Position numbers and translations under genes: made by a program. A stretch of 64,000 nt of DNA from Candidatus Latescibacterota bacterium (GTDB lineage Bacteria > Latescibacterota > UBA2968): contig OZ242311.1 in assembly GCA_965207885.1 (NCBI GenBank), positions 2,720,001 through 2,784,000 of the forward strand, written 5' to 3'. This document shows positions 49,425 through 58,861 of the stretch, piece after piece. The notes under the pieces were generated by a model. That model was not told the DNA's origin and did no database searches. It saw nothing but the letters and a program-made list of their open reading frames with translations. How positions within the stretch are numbered: the first letter of the stretch is position 1; the number at the start of each line of letters is the position of its first letter.

Positions 49425-50471
49425 ATGGCTGATCCCGAAATCCTGGTGCTGGGCGGTCCCGAGCGCGATCTCTATCTGGCCCCGGCCGATCTGGAGCGCC
49501 TGGATAGCTTTGCGAATTGGACATGGCTCCCCTGTGAAGCGGGTCAGATCCAGCCCGGTCACCAGACCGAATTGTCGCGACGGCTGGCGTCCGTCCAGGC
49601 CCTGGTCGTCTATTCGGGGGCGCCCCATATCGGTCCCGAACTCATGGAACAAGCCCCCGAGCTACGCCTCATCGGCGAATTGAACGGCGATCGTTTCGCC
49701 GAGCGCATCGACGTGGAGGCGGCCTGGCAACGGGATATCCGCGTTGTTGACACCACCAATGGCTCGTCCTACCCTGTCTCTGAGTGGGCCCTGGGCCTTA
49801 TTCTCGTATCGTTGCGCAACGCCGGTTATTATCTGCGCCGCTACATGGAGGGAAATTGCCGCAAAACCCGCGACAACCCCAGCTTCCTGCGCGGCGAACT
49901 CACCGGCAAGACCGTGGGACTGATCGGCTGCGGCCATGCGGGCCGTCGCCTAATAGAATTGCTGCGTCCTTTCCGGGTCGCCATTCAGGTTTACGACCCC
50001 TACCTGCCTGGAACCATGGCCGAAGCCCTGGGCTTTCTCCTGACCTCACTCGAACAGGTCCTGTCGAGCTCCGATGCGATTGTCTGTCTGGCCCCGCAGA
50101 CCCCCGGGACCCAGGGCATGATCGGTCGGGCAGAACTGGATCTGATCCCCTCGGGGGCTGTACTGGTCAACGTCTCCCGCGGTCCCATCATCGATTCGGT
50201 CGCCCTGGTCGAACGCCTCAAGCGCGGCGATATTATCGCTGGCCTCGATGTTTTCGACCCCGACCCTATCCCCGACGGCCACGAAATAACCGGGCTGGAC
50301 AATGTATTCCTTACGCCCCATATCGCTGGCGTCACCCGGGCCGCCTACTGGCGCTTTTTCGAGCTGATGGTGGACGAACTAGACCGCTTTTTCCACGGCT
50401 TTGAGCCCTATTTCGAATTGACCCAGCGCACCCTGGACGACCGCAGCGGCCGTCGCCCCGCCACTCATTAA
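49425..50471 (+). CDS. D-isomer-specific 2-hydroxyacid dehydrogenase family
   Basis: VGLIGCGHAG, YDPY, NVSRG, LDVFDPDP, TPHIAG. Confidence 0.9.
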   Translation: MADPEILVLGGPERDLYLAPADLERLDSFANWTWLPCEAGQIQPGHQTELSRRLASVQALVVYSGAPHIGPELMEQAPELRLIGELNGDRFAERIDVEAAWQRDIRVVDTTNGSSYPVSEWALGLILVSLRNAGYYLRRYMEGNCRKTRDNPSFLRGELTGKTVGLIGCGHAGRRLIELLRPFRVAIQVYDPYLPGTMAEALGFLLTSLEQVLSSSDAIVCLAPQTPGTQGMIGRAELDLIPSGAVLVNVSRGPIIDSVALVERLKRGDIIAGLDVFDPDPIPDGHEITGLDNVFLTPHIAGVTRAAYWRFFELMVDELDRFFHGFEPYFELTQRTLDDRSGRRPATH

Positions 50472-50486
50472 AAAGAGGTCGGTTTA

Positions 50487-50509
50487 GTGATTACTCCCAC
50501 CCTAAAGGA
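50487..50509 (-). mobile_element. Orphan IS200/IS605 right-end fragment
   Basis: tcctttagggtgggagtaatcac vs tgctttagcgttgggagtagtcac at 37761-37784. Confidence 0.55.
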
Positions 50510-50532
50510 CAAATATTTATGGTCTTCATTTT

Positions 50533-51516
50533 TTAAGTCTCTTTGGGTGAAAGCAGAAAATGGTCAAACCACGCGACCATCTGCTCGAAGTACTCAACGA
50601 GAAAGCGATGATTGCCGTCGGGTTGATAGACTTTAAAACGATTATCGTGTCCTATTGCTGCATAGGCTTTTTTTACAACGGGTATAAGAGCATCGACGCC
50701 TTGACGCGGCATGTCTTCGTCCCGGGTGGGCGAGATCATCATAAAGGGGCGCGGAGGCATGCAGGTGGCTACGACGCGCGGATGATCAAAGTGACACAGG
50801 AAGTTGGGGATGTAGTAATAGGCACTGTGTCGTTCGTTGTCGCTATGGTGAATGACGCTGGCCAGGCTGCCAAGGCCACCACAGACAGTTACGCCTGCCG
50901 CGATCCAGGGTGCGCACGCCATTGAATACCAGGTTGCGTTGCCGCCAAGCGACATGCCTGTCAGGCCAATGCGGCTTTTGTCAACGCCATTTATCGCGCA
51001 AAGAATTCGAGCGGCTCTGAGTGTTTCTTCGACGAGAATGCCCATCTGGCTTCGTCCATACGGAGTCAGGAGCTTGTTCTCGGTTGCCCATTCTTCAATG
51101 CTGCGGCGTCTTCCTTCTGTGCCTTTGATCGAGATGGCCAGTGTCGTGAACCCTCTTCGCGCGAGTTCACGTCCCCAGCCAATCAATGGACCATCGGGAG
51201 ATTGATGGAATTGTGGATGAGCGACCCGTTCGGCAGAGCCGGATGTGCCAGAAATGCATACGATTCCCGGTCGCAATTTTCCCGTATGTCCAGGCGGTTC
51301 CAGGAGGATGGCCGGAACGGTTTCGTGCAGTGAGTTCTGATAGCTCAGATGGGTGACGCGAATGTCTTCGGTTTCTCGCGTTTCTGAGGTTGTGAAATCT
51401 ACGTTGTCTGGAATTGTAGCCAGTCCCAGAAGCTCTATGAGCTTTGCACGGATATCTGAGTCGGCAAGGTCAGATGTGGATGCTGGCTGGATGTCAGGTG
51501 GTATGATAGGAAACAT
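50533..51516 (-). CDS. Alpha/beta hydrolase (dienelactone hydrolase/esterase-like)
   Basis: RIGLTGMSLGG, PRPF...DE, GNH. Confidence 0.85.
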   Translation of the reverse strand: MFPIIPPDIQPASTSDLADSDIRAKLIELLGLATIPDNVDFTTSETRETEDIRVTHLSYQNSLHETVPAILLEPPGHTGKLRPGIVCISGTSGSAERVAHPQFHQSPDGPLIGWGRELARRGFTTLAISIKGTEGRRRSIEEWATENKLLTPYGRSQMGILVEETLRAARILCAINGVDKSRIGLTGMSLGGNATWYSMACAPWIAAGVTVCGGLGSLASVIHHSDNERHSAYYYIPNFLCHFDHPRVVATCMPPRPFMMISPTRDEDMPRQGVDALIPVVKKAYAAIGHDNRFKVYQPDGNHRFLVEYFEQMVAWFDHFLLSPKET

Positions 51517-51536
51517 ATCGAGAAACCTTTATCATC

Positions 51537-52997
51537 TCACGGTTTTTGCACGACAAATTCCGGCCGTGGAATCATGCGTTCTGGATTCCGTTCGTAACCT
51601 CGTTTCCACAACTCCTCCACAAGCCTTCCACTTTTAGCCAGTTCTTGGCGAAGTGCCTGCTGGTCTGCCTTTGCCCTCTGATCAATCGCTTCCGGGCAGC
51701 ACACCTGGTATAGTATTCGCCGAAGCCGAGCCAGTTTCTGAGACGCATCGGGACGCTCCGCAAGATCTTGCATCTCCAAAGGATCCTCTGCAAGGTCAAA
51801 CAACATCGGTCTTTCCCCAACGCACGCTACATATTTATCTGAACCCGATCTAAGAGCAAATGCGCTTCCCGGAAGGCCCGGCCCATGGAATTCACTGATA
51901 GCGAATTCGGGAAGCGCCGCACCCGGCTCGCCCCTCAAGGATCCCAGCAAGGATGTCCCCCGCATGTGTGTTGGCGAAGGCAACTCCAGGGCTTCCGAGA
52001 ATGTCTGGAAAAGATCGAGATGTGAAACAGGTGCAGGCTCGGACCCTCCTGACTCTATGCCGGGTCCAGCCACGATCATGGGTACGCGAATTGAATCCTC
52101 ATACATCGATCCCATTCCGGAATTGCGATGTGCCCCCATGCTGCCACCGTGATCCGAAGCATAGGCGACCAGGGTCGAATCCCAGAGATTCTCGGTGTCT
52201 ATGGCTTTGAGCACGCGCCCCACGTTGCGATCTGCCATCTCACAGATGCCGTGGTAGCCTACCAGACCACGGCGCAACTCTTCGGATGTGCAAAGATCGC
52301 TGCACGTGTAACGAACAAAATCCCTGTGGAAGGGGTGCAGTCGAGAAACGGGTTCCGAATAGCGCTCGTCCAGGTCTTCGGTTCGCACCAGCGGATCGTA
52401 GTAATCCCATAGCTCCTGCGGCGGATTCCATCCGGGATGGGGCTGTTTGATATTCACTATCAGGACCCAGGGGCGATCTTGTGGGCGTTCATTCATCAGC
52501 CACTGTACCGCTTCTTCCACGACCTGCGCGTCGTGCTGGTGTTCCCCACGCCTACTTGCAGGACCCGCTTCCCGCAATCGATGCAGGTGATGGTATCGGG
52601 GTTGCACGCGGCCCTCTTCGAACAGCGTGTGTACGTCCAGACTCTCCCGTGCCTTGGCCAGGCGCATATCTTCCACTCCAGCATCACTGCCCGGTTTGTA
52701 ATCGAGCTTGCCAATGGTCGTAAGCACGACACCATTTTCTGCAAAGTAATGCCCCCAGCCTCTGGGCACTCCTGAATAGGGAAACGCATTGTCCCAGGTG
52801 GAGATTTCGTGAACATACCGTCCCGCCATCATCGCTCCCCGAGAAGGCGCGCACAGAGGACTTGGACAATAGGCACTGTCGAATCTCTTTCCTCGTCTGG
52901 CGAGCGCATCGATGTGAGGCGTACGGGTAATGGAACTACCGTAACAACCGGAAAACTCCGGGTTGTGTCGATCGGTCATGATATAAACGACATTCAT
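51537..52997 (-). CDS. Cys-type sulfatase (choline-sulfatase-like)
   Basis: MNVVYIMTDRH, CAPSRGAMMAG, WDNA, QPHP, SDHG; start 52997 with GAGG. Confidence 0.9.
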   Translation of the reverse strand: MNVVYIMTDRHNPEFSGCYGSSITRTPHIDALARRGKRFDSAYCPSPLCAPSRGAMMAGRYVHEISTWDNAFPYSGVPRGWGHYFAENGVVLTTIGKLDYKPGSDAGVEDMRLAKARESLDVHTLFEEGRVQPRYHHLHRLREAGPASRRGEHQHDAQVVEEAVQWLMNERPQDRPWVLIVNIKQPHPGWNPPQELWDYYDPLVRTEDLDERYSEPVSRLHPFHRDFVRYTCSDLCTSEELRRGLVGYHGICEMADRNVGRVLKAIDTENLWDSTLVAYASDHGGSMGAHRNSGMGSMYEDSIRVPMIVAGPGIESGGSEPAPVSHLDLFQTFSEALELPSPTHMRGTSLLGSLRGEPGAALPEFAISEFHGPGLPGSAFALRSGSDKYVACVGERPMLFDLAEDPLEMQDLAERPDASQKLARLRRILYQVCCPEAIDQRAKADQQALRQELAKSGRLVEELWKRGYERNPERMIPRPEFVVQKP

Positions 52998-53034
52998 AGC
53001 AGTCACCTCGGTGCGCGTTGTCAATGTCGGCATC

Positions 53035-53853
53035 TTAAGCCGTTGGAACATATCCCAGCTGGTCGTTATGTGCCACAGCTTCGGGGAAGGTCTCGTGAAG
53101 GTGGTCGAGAACCATCTCAATCTTACACCTGCACAAAGAGCTGGGATAGGGCATCTCGCCGGTACGCCGGAAAAATGCCCCGTTCTTTTCGTGAAAATCA
53201 CCCCGCCGGTCCATGAACTGCCCCCAGTGTCCCATCGTGTATCGCATCTCTGTTCTTCTCTCAGCGCTCTGAATCCAGGCCTCGGGAAACAGCATTTGAA
53301 ACCGCGGTGCCGAATTCATCCAGCTGCCGCATCGAACCACTTTTACTTCCGGCCGATGTACTTTCGAATCTCTGAGCAGCCTGATTAGCGATGCCGCAAA
53401 CTGTATGTGCATATCGCTGAGGGGAGATTTTGGCTGGTAAACATTGGCAATATGAAGGCTCAACGAGTCCTCGTGCTTGTAGTCATGATTCCAACATTCG
53501 TGTGAACGATCGCCAGGTCTGGGCTGTTCGTTACCCAACGTGCGAATGCGCGCTTCCATAAGTGGCCAGAGGATCGCAAGTCCCCTGATCTCCACGGATT
53601 CACTATCATTACCATACTTGTCGAAGATTTCTCCCAATTTCCCTACAATGACGTTCCATTCGGGATCTTCGTCTCCCGCTGCCGGATGGTGGTTGCCGTT
53701 GTAGAGTGAGGTATTCCGGTACAGATTGACTCGCACGTTGACGGTATCTTCCAGATCGCCGAGATTTTCCTGCAGCCGTTTGTTCGCGTACCAAAGGCTC
53801 AACCGGGTGAATTCCCGAGCATAATGCACGCGAATCGGATCCAGATCGGACAT
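53035..53853 (-). CDS. Hypothetical protein, GNAT-C/DUF5596-like motif
   Basis: LSLHIA...SPL and CGSWMNSAP resemble the acyltransferase-like C.SWL..P motif. Confidence 0.5.
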   Translation of the reverse strand: MSDLDPIRVHYAREFTRLSLWYANKRLQENLGDLEDTVNVRVNLYRNTSLYNGNHHPAAGDEDPEWNVIVGKLGEIFDKYGNDSESVEIRGLAILWPLMEARIRTLGNEQPRPGDRSHECWNHDYKHEDSLSLHIANVYQPKSPLSDMHIQFAASLIRLLRDSKVHRPEVKVVRCGSWMNSAPRFQMLFPEAWIQSAERRTEMRYTMGHWGQFMDRRGDFHEKNGAFFRRTGEMPYPSSLCRCKIEMVLDHLHETFPEAVAHNDQLGYVPTA

Positions 53854-53881
53854 TGATTCTACCCCCGTTGTTCGTATTGCG

Positions 53882-56068
53882 TTAATCTTTTCCTCTGCCG
53901 GATTTTGCACCAAAATCCTGCCAGCCCCAATCCAGATGGATTCGGGGTATGGAAAACTCGTAATACCAGCGAATACTCACGGGTTCGTGTTGAGGTTCCA
54001 GGTATGCATAAAAAAGAGCAGATCGGCCCGTCACTTCATCCAGCATCCCTGCAGGCGTGAGTTCCGACAACAGGTTCGGATCCTCTTCCACTTCCAGGTA
54101 ACGCAGCAAATCATTTGTGTGGTTTTCGGCGCCGCTGGAATTCACCTGAACGGGTGTCTCATGTTCATTCCACCACGGCAAGTCCGATGCTGGTTGAGAT
54201 TCTCCGTCTGCCGCCTTTGCCCAGATCGGTGTACTCCAGGCAAACTCTCCATCGTTCTGGCGAAGCCGTATGTAGTAGGCATTCTCTTTGAGCGGATGCT
54301 CATCCACGTAAGTCAGATCTACGTCCAGCGTGTTCGGACGCCAGGTCTTCAAGCGTCGATCATTCCGGATGAGATCTACGCGCTGCACTGTTGAGCATGC
54401 GTGAGCTACCACGCGAATTCTGGCTGGGCCTGAAAGCTGTATCTCGCTACCAGCGGGATTGTCCTCTACCGAAACCATCAGAATGATTCGAGCCCCGGTC
54501 GTTGCAAAGGTTCGTTTTTCAGCGACAGCTTGCCAGATGGCCTTTCGTTCACAGTGAGTGGCCCACACACCTGCCAGAGGACCCGATCCAAATCCGGTGT
54601 CACGGATGTTGAGCACCTTGTTGAACCGACCCCGGAAGCAATGGGGAGCCATTGGGGCGCCCAGTGTGGGCAGATGGATATCTCCCGATCCGATAACGGC
54701 CGGTCGATAGCCGTACCTCAGTGCCTTCTGCAAGAGCCACTCGAAAGCGCCGTGACCGCTGGCCACTTCCAGCAGTGGTTCGACATTTGGCCGATATTTG
54801 TCCCAATTTGGCGGTCCCCCTCCAACGTGGGATTCAAGAAGAACATCCTCCCGATCTCCGTAGGTTTCCAGCAGGGTTTCCATCGACGAAAAGGTCGGCA
54901 GGTACCCATCTTCCATCTCCCGGAACACGACGTTTCGGTCCCCTCCGGAGCGCGTGTGAACTTCCGATGCCAGGAAGGGCACATATATTCCGGGCTCATC
55001 GTGATTGGTATATGCCTGTTGAAAGGCTTCCCACAGTTCAGGTTCGTCAGCCTGATCTGGTGGCGACATGGGGCCCGGAGCCGCAAAATCCAGCCGTCCC
55101 ACTTCGCGGGCTTGCCTGTGTCGGGCATCCGGATCCAACTTGAAGCTGGGCTCGTCCATCAGCGCCATGGACGTATCGCCCCAGGCGTGGGAGTGAAAGT
55201 CTCCCCAGAGCAGCCGGAAGTCCGGAGAATTCTGGCAGAATATCGGATTGCTTATGGCTCGAAGGTCTCCATCCCTCGCTTCAAAGCGATAAACGCCAGG
55301 GTGGTCAATCTGCACGTCCTCCAACCTCAGGACGCCGTTATGTACTGGCTCAAACACGGCTCGATCCGGCAGGCCCGATACATTGTCGGGGGCAGTTAAC
55401 TGGACGACGCCCCGATATTGTTCACACACATTTCGATGGATATCGAAAGCGACCAGATTGAGGTGAAAAGATTCGTCCTGTTCGACAATGGATGGTCCCA
55501 GGATTCGCAGCATATCTGCGGATGCTTCTGAAGTAATGCGAATCCGGATCTCCCCACCCGCGATGCTGACAAATTCACCACCGCCATTGCGATCTACCGC
55601 TGCCTCCAGTCGCGCCATTGTAGTCGAGTCATAAACTTCAGCACCTGGACCACCCCCGCAGCGATCACCGATTCGCAATCTGACCCAATCTCCTTTTCGA
55701 AGGATCCCTTTCGATACTCGGATTCTCGCAACTTCGGGTTCGTGACCGTGGTCGGAATTGACAGTCAGGTCCAGCCCGGCGTCAGAATTTGACTCCATTG
55801 TCACATAGTCGCGTCCCAGTGGGTTATTCAACTGAGGGACGTGGCCCATGAGGAATCCGCGGCGGAAGAAGCAGAATCCACCACCATCCTGCACATCCGC
55901 TGCAGCAGTAAATGTGATCTCCCATGTGCCGACTTTCCCGGCAGACAAATTGAATGTGGATCCCGATGCAACAGAACCATCTGCACCCCGAAACAGGACC
56001 TCAAATCCGTCGGGTTCATCCCCGGGAATCGAGGCATGGATCCACTCTATGCGAGCGTTTTTTGACAT
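53882..56068 (-). CDS. DUF3604/PHP-like metallohydrolase
   Basis: SNP...LWGDFHSH, GDRNV, EVASGHG, IGSGDIH, RTFATTG, YYIRLRQ..AWSTPIW. Confidence 0.8.
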   Translation of the reverse strand: MSKNARIEWIHASIPGDEPDGFEVLFRGADGSVASGSTFNLSAGKVGTWEITFTAAADVQDGGGFCFFRRGFLMGHVPQLNNPLGRDYVTMESNSDAGLDLTVNSDHGHEPEVARIRVSKGILRKGDWVRLRIGDRCGGGPGAEVYDSTTMARLEAAVDRNGGGEFVSIAGGEIRIRITSEASADMLRILGPSIVEQDESFHLNLVAFDIHRNVCEQYRGVVQLTAPDNVSGLPDRAVFEPVHNGVLRLEDVQIDHPGVYRFEARDGDLRAISNPIFCQNSPDFRLLWGDFHSHAWGDTSMALMDEPSFKLDPDARHRQAREVGRLDFAAPGPMSPPDQADEPELWEAFQQAYTNHDEPGIYVPFLASEVHTRSGGDRNVVFREMEDGYLPTFSSMETLLETYGDREDVLLESHVGGGPPNWDKYRPNVEPLLEVASGHGAFEWLLQKALRYGYRPAVIGSGDIHLPTLGAPMAPHCFRGRFNKVLNIRDTGFGSGPLAGVWATHCERKAIWQAVAEKRTFATTGARIILMVSVEDNPAGSEIQLSGPARIRVVAHACSTVQRVDLIRNDRRLKTWRPNTLDVDLTYVDEHPLKENAYYIRLRQNDGEFAWSTPIWAKAADGESQPASDLPWWNEHETPVQVNSSGAENHTNDLLRYLEVEEDPNLLSELTPAGMLDEVTGRSALFYAYLEPQHEPVSIRWYYEFSIPRIHLDWGWQDFGAKSGRGKD

Positions 56069-57348
56069 ACGGTATCATCCGTTAATTCAGAAAGCCGCGA
56101 ACGGTTGTCATATACCTTCTGAAATGCCTCTGCCGTTTGTTCGACCCAGATCGGATCGGGATCTACAGGGGTAGATAGCCAGAAGCACGTGCTATGTATC
56201 CTTTCGCTGATCGGCAGGCTGCCCGGTCGATACGATTTTCTCGCGTTATCTGGAAGATATCCCCAGGGACCCCCAAGGCCCTCGAATGAGAAATCGTTGA
56301 ACAGTGACTCCAGATGCATTACACCATACCCGTAAGGCGTTATCTCCGGCTTTGTCCGCACTCCTTCGGCTACCAGCGCTTCCAGAACCTTCGACACGGG
56401 TACTCCATAGGCTTCGGGATCGACCAGACCCGCATACAACAAGAGACCGCCGCGGGTAGCCTTTGGATAGGCCTTCTGAGTCTCAACCCCCTCTACATTC
56501 TCGAGAAGCTCGTCCATTTGTGCAAACCACTTTCGGCGCTTTTCGTTGAGCTCTGAAAGGCGTTCGAGCCGCCCCCGAGCCATCGCGATACCAAAAGGAT
56601 TCGCTCTGTATTTGACGCCCAGGCCCATGTTGTGCAATCCCTTAAACCGATCGGTTTTCCACGATCCCCCGCAACGACCGTACTGTCCCAATGCCATCAT
56701 CTGATCATAGAGATCATCGTCATCTGTCACCACCACCCCGGCCTCCAATCCCGTAACTGGCTTGCTGCCCTGCAGGCTGAAGCATCCAATGTGGCCAATG
56801 CTGCCCACTGGCTTGCCATCCCACAGAGCGCCGTGTGCGTGAGAGGCGTCTTCAATCAGCTTGATATCGGTTCCGGCGATCAGGTCCAGCAGTCCATCCA
56901 TATCCGCCGGATTCCCATAGACGTGTGTGACGACAATCGCGCATGTCCTGTCTGTGATTCGTTGCTTTACATCTTCCGGATCCGCACAGAAGGTGTTCGG
57001 ATCTACTTCGCAGAATACTGGTGTTGCGCCGCAGTGGAGGATGGGTGAAATCGTGGCATGCCAGGTGACCGATGGCACGATCACTTCTTTGCCAACACCG
57101 GCACCTGCAGCAAAAATGGCCGAGTGCAAAGCTGCGGTTCCGTTGCACGTACAGATCGCGTGCTGGGTCTTTACCAGTTTGCTGAAACCAGATTCGAAGA
57201 GCTCGAGATGTCGCCGGGCTGTGTTCGGATCGTCCAGTACCTCGTTCACGTACGACTTTTCGAGCGGGCCGATATTTTCCCACCCATCTCCTACCGGAGC
57301 CGTAACGGCCTTTGGGCCCCCTTCAATTGCCAGAAGTGATTGTGCCAT
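56047..57348 (-). CDS. DegT/DnrJ/EryC1/StrS PLP-dependent aminotransferase
   Basis: NGTAAL, THVYG, IEDASHAHG, FSLQGSKP, GVKYR. Confidence 0.93.
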   Translation of the reverse strand: MAQSLLAIEGGPKAVTAPVGDGWENIGPLEKSYVNEVLDDPNTARRHLELFESGFSKLVKTQHAICTCNGTAALHSAIFAAGAGVGKEVIVPSVTWHATISPILHCGATPVFCEVDPNTFCADPEDVKQRITDRTCAIVVTHVYGNPADMDGLLDLIAGTDIKLIEDASHAHGALWDGKPVGSIGHIGCFSLQGSKPVTGLEAGVVVTDDDDLYDQMMALGQYGRCGGSWKTDRFKGLHNMGLGVKYRANPFGIAMARGRLERLSELNEKRRKWFAQMDELLENVEGVETQKAYPKATRGGLLLYAGLVDPEAYGVPVSKVLEALVAEGVRTKPEITPYGYGVMHLESLFNDFSFEGLGGPWGYLPDNARKSYRPGSLPISERIHSTCFWLSTPVDPDPIWVEQTAEAFQKVYDNRSRLSELTDDTVCQKTLA

Positions 57349-57406
57349 GGTATTCTCCTAAAGTAATCTTTACCCTGGTTGAGATTTTTGGAATCAAAAA
57401 AGGTTC

Positions 57407-58786
57407 TTATCCGTCCAGCCCTCTATTCCATTTGTATAAAAGCCATTTGCTCAGCGCCTGCCCATCTCCAATTTGCCACGCCCAATCTTCGAGTTTCCCG
57501 AACAGCGTCCGCAGCACTTCTTCCAGCCCGGGTTCGCGGAGCCTGTTGTTTATTTCGTCTGGATCAGTGGGACGATGATAGAGTTCCGGAGGTCGCTCTG
57601 AGTTGACGATCAGTTTCCATTCATTTGTTACAATACACCTTTCAAACATCGTAGGGTCACTTTCCGGAGGACAGTAGAGACCATCCTGACGATATGGATG
57701 GTTCTGAATATAAACAGAGTCACGCCATGGACCTTTGCCAGAAAGCAGGAGTTCTCTCGCGCTGCGACCGTGCAGGCCATCGGGAATGTCTAGCCCGCAG
57801 AGATCCAGGATGGTGGGCACCAGGTCTGCGTGACTGACGAGTTCGCTTCGGACTCCAGGTTTGATCTTTCCGATCCAGTAGAAGATCAGAGGAATTCTGC
57901 TCGCCGTGTCGTAGCAATTCCGTTTTGGCTGAGGATTCCATCGGTAGACAAAATCATGCCCGTGATCCGATGTATATACAATCAAGGTGTTTTGCTCGAG
58001 GCCCAAAGTATTCAGGACATCCACCATCCGGCCAACGTTTTCATCAATTCTGTTAACCATTGCATAGTACGTGGGGTACTGGACCTTTCCCTGAAATCGC
58101 TCGCAGTTTTTCGGGGGAGCGGTCCACGGTGTGTGCGGAGGCCGGAAAGATACGATCAAGCAGAATGGATTCTGGTGGTGTTCGCGAATAAACTGGATTC
58201 CGCGGTCGAACTCGAAGTCAACACGGTACTCGCCTGGTTCTTCACGACCAAAATCGGGAATTGCAGACTCGTGATTGTCGGGCACGGTCCATTTCTTCAT
58301 GGGCTCTCCAACCCATTGTGATTCACTCCCGTCATGACCTTGCCAGACATCAAAGTAGTCCGGAGGAGGCTGGATCGGTCTTCCCGATACAGGTCGATCG
58401 AAAGGCTCAGGCGTCGGACCCAGATGCCATTTACCGACGTAGCCGGTGGTGTAACCCATATCGTGCAGGAGCCTCGGAAAAGATGTTGTGTGGTCGGTCA
58501 AAGTCACATCGTTGTCCCAGACCTCAGTCTTGTGGGGAAATAGTCCCGTCAGGATTGAAGATCGGGCCGCGGAACAGAGAGGCTGGGTCACAAAAGCCGA
58601 TTCAAAACAGGCACCTTCACTTGCCAGTCGGTCGATATGAGGAGAAATTGCATTCCGATTGCCGTAACATCCCAATGAATCAAACCTCTGTTGATCAGGA
58701 AGGATCAGGATGATGTTGGGAGGTCTCCCTTCTGTCTCACCTATATTTTTATCTCTGGTCCAATCGTCCGATTGCCGCTGATCCAT
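57407..58786 (-). CDS. Cys-type sulfatase (CxAxR variant)
   Basis: PPNIILILPDQQR, CSAARSSILTG, GKWHLG, PPHTP, SDHG. Confidence 0.9.
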   Translation of the reverse strand: MDQRQSDDWTRDKNIGETEGRPPNIILILPDQQRFDSLGCYGNRNAISPHIDRLASEGACFESAFVTQPLCSAARSSILTGLFPHKTEVWDNDVTLTDHTTSFPRLLHDMGYTTGYVGKWHLGPTPEPFDRPVSGRPIQPPPDYFDVWQGHDGSESQWVGEPMKKWTVPDNHESAIPDFGREEPGEYRVDFEFDRGIQFIREHHQNPFCLIVSFRPPHTPWTAPPKNCERFQGKVQYPTYYAMVNRIDENVGRMVDVLNTLGLEQNTLIVYTSDHGHDFVYRWNPQPKRNCYDTASRIPLIFYWIGKIKPGVRSELVSHADLVPTILDLCGLDIPDGLHGRSARELLLSGKGPWRDSVYIQNHPYRQDGLYCPPESDPTMFERCIVTNEWKLIVNSERPPELYHRPTDPDEINNRLREPGLEEVLRTLFGKLEDWAWQIGDGQALSKWLLYKWNRGLDG

Positions 58787-58861
58787 CTCCTATCTCCTAT
58801 TTTCCAATGCCAGAATTCGACCCGAGAGCCAGTCGGTCTGTTTTATACGCAGAGACTCAAG

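Noticed and set aside
56047-57348. O-antigen or antibiotic biosynthesis cluster around DegT
   Set aside because: No glycosyltransferase, NDP-sugar, PKS/NRPS or export genes in the window
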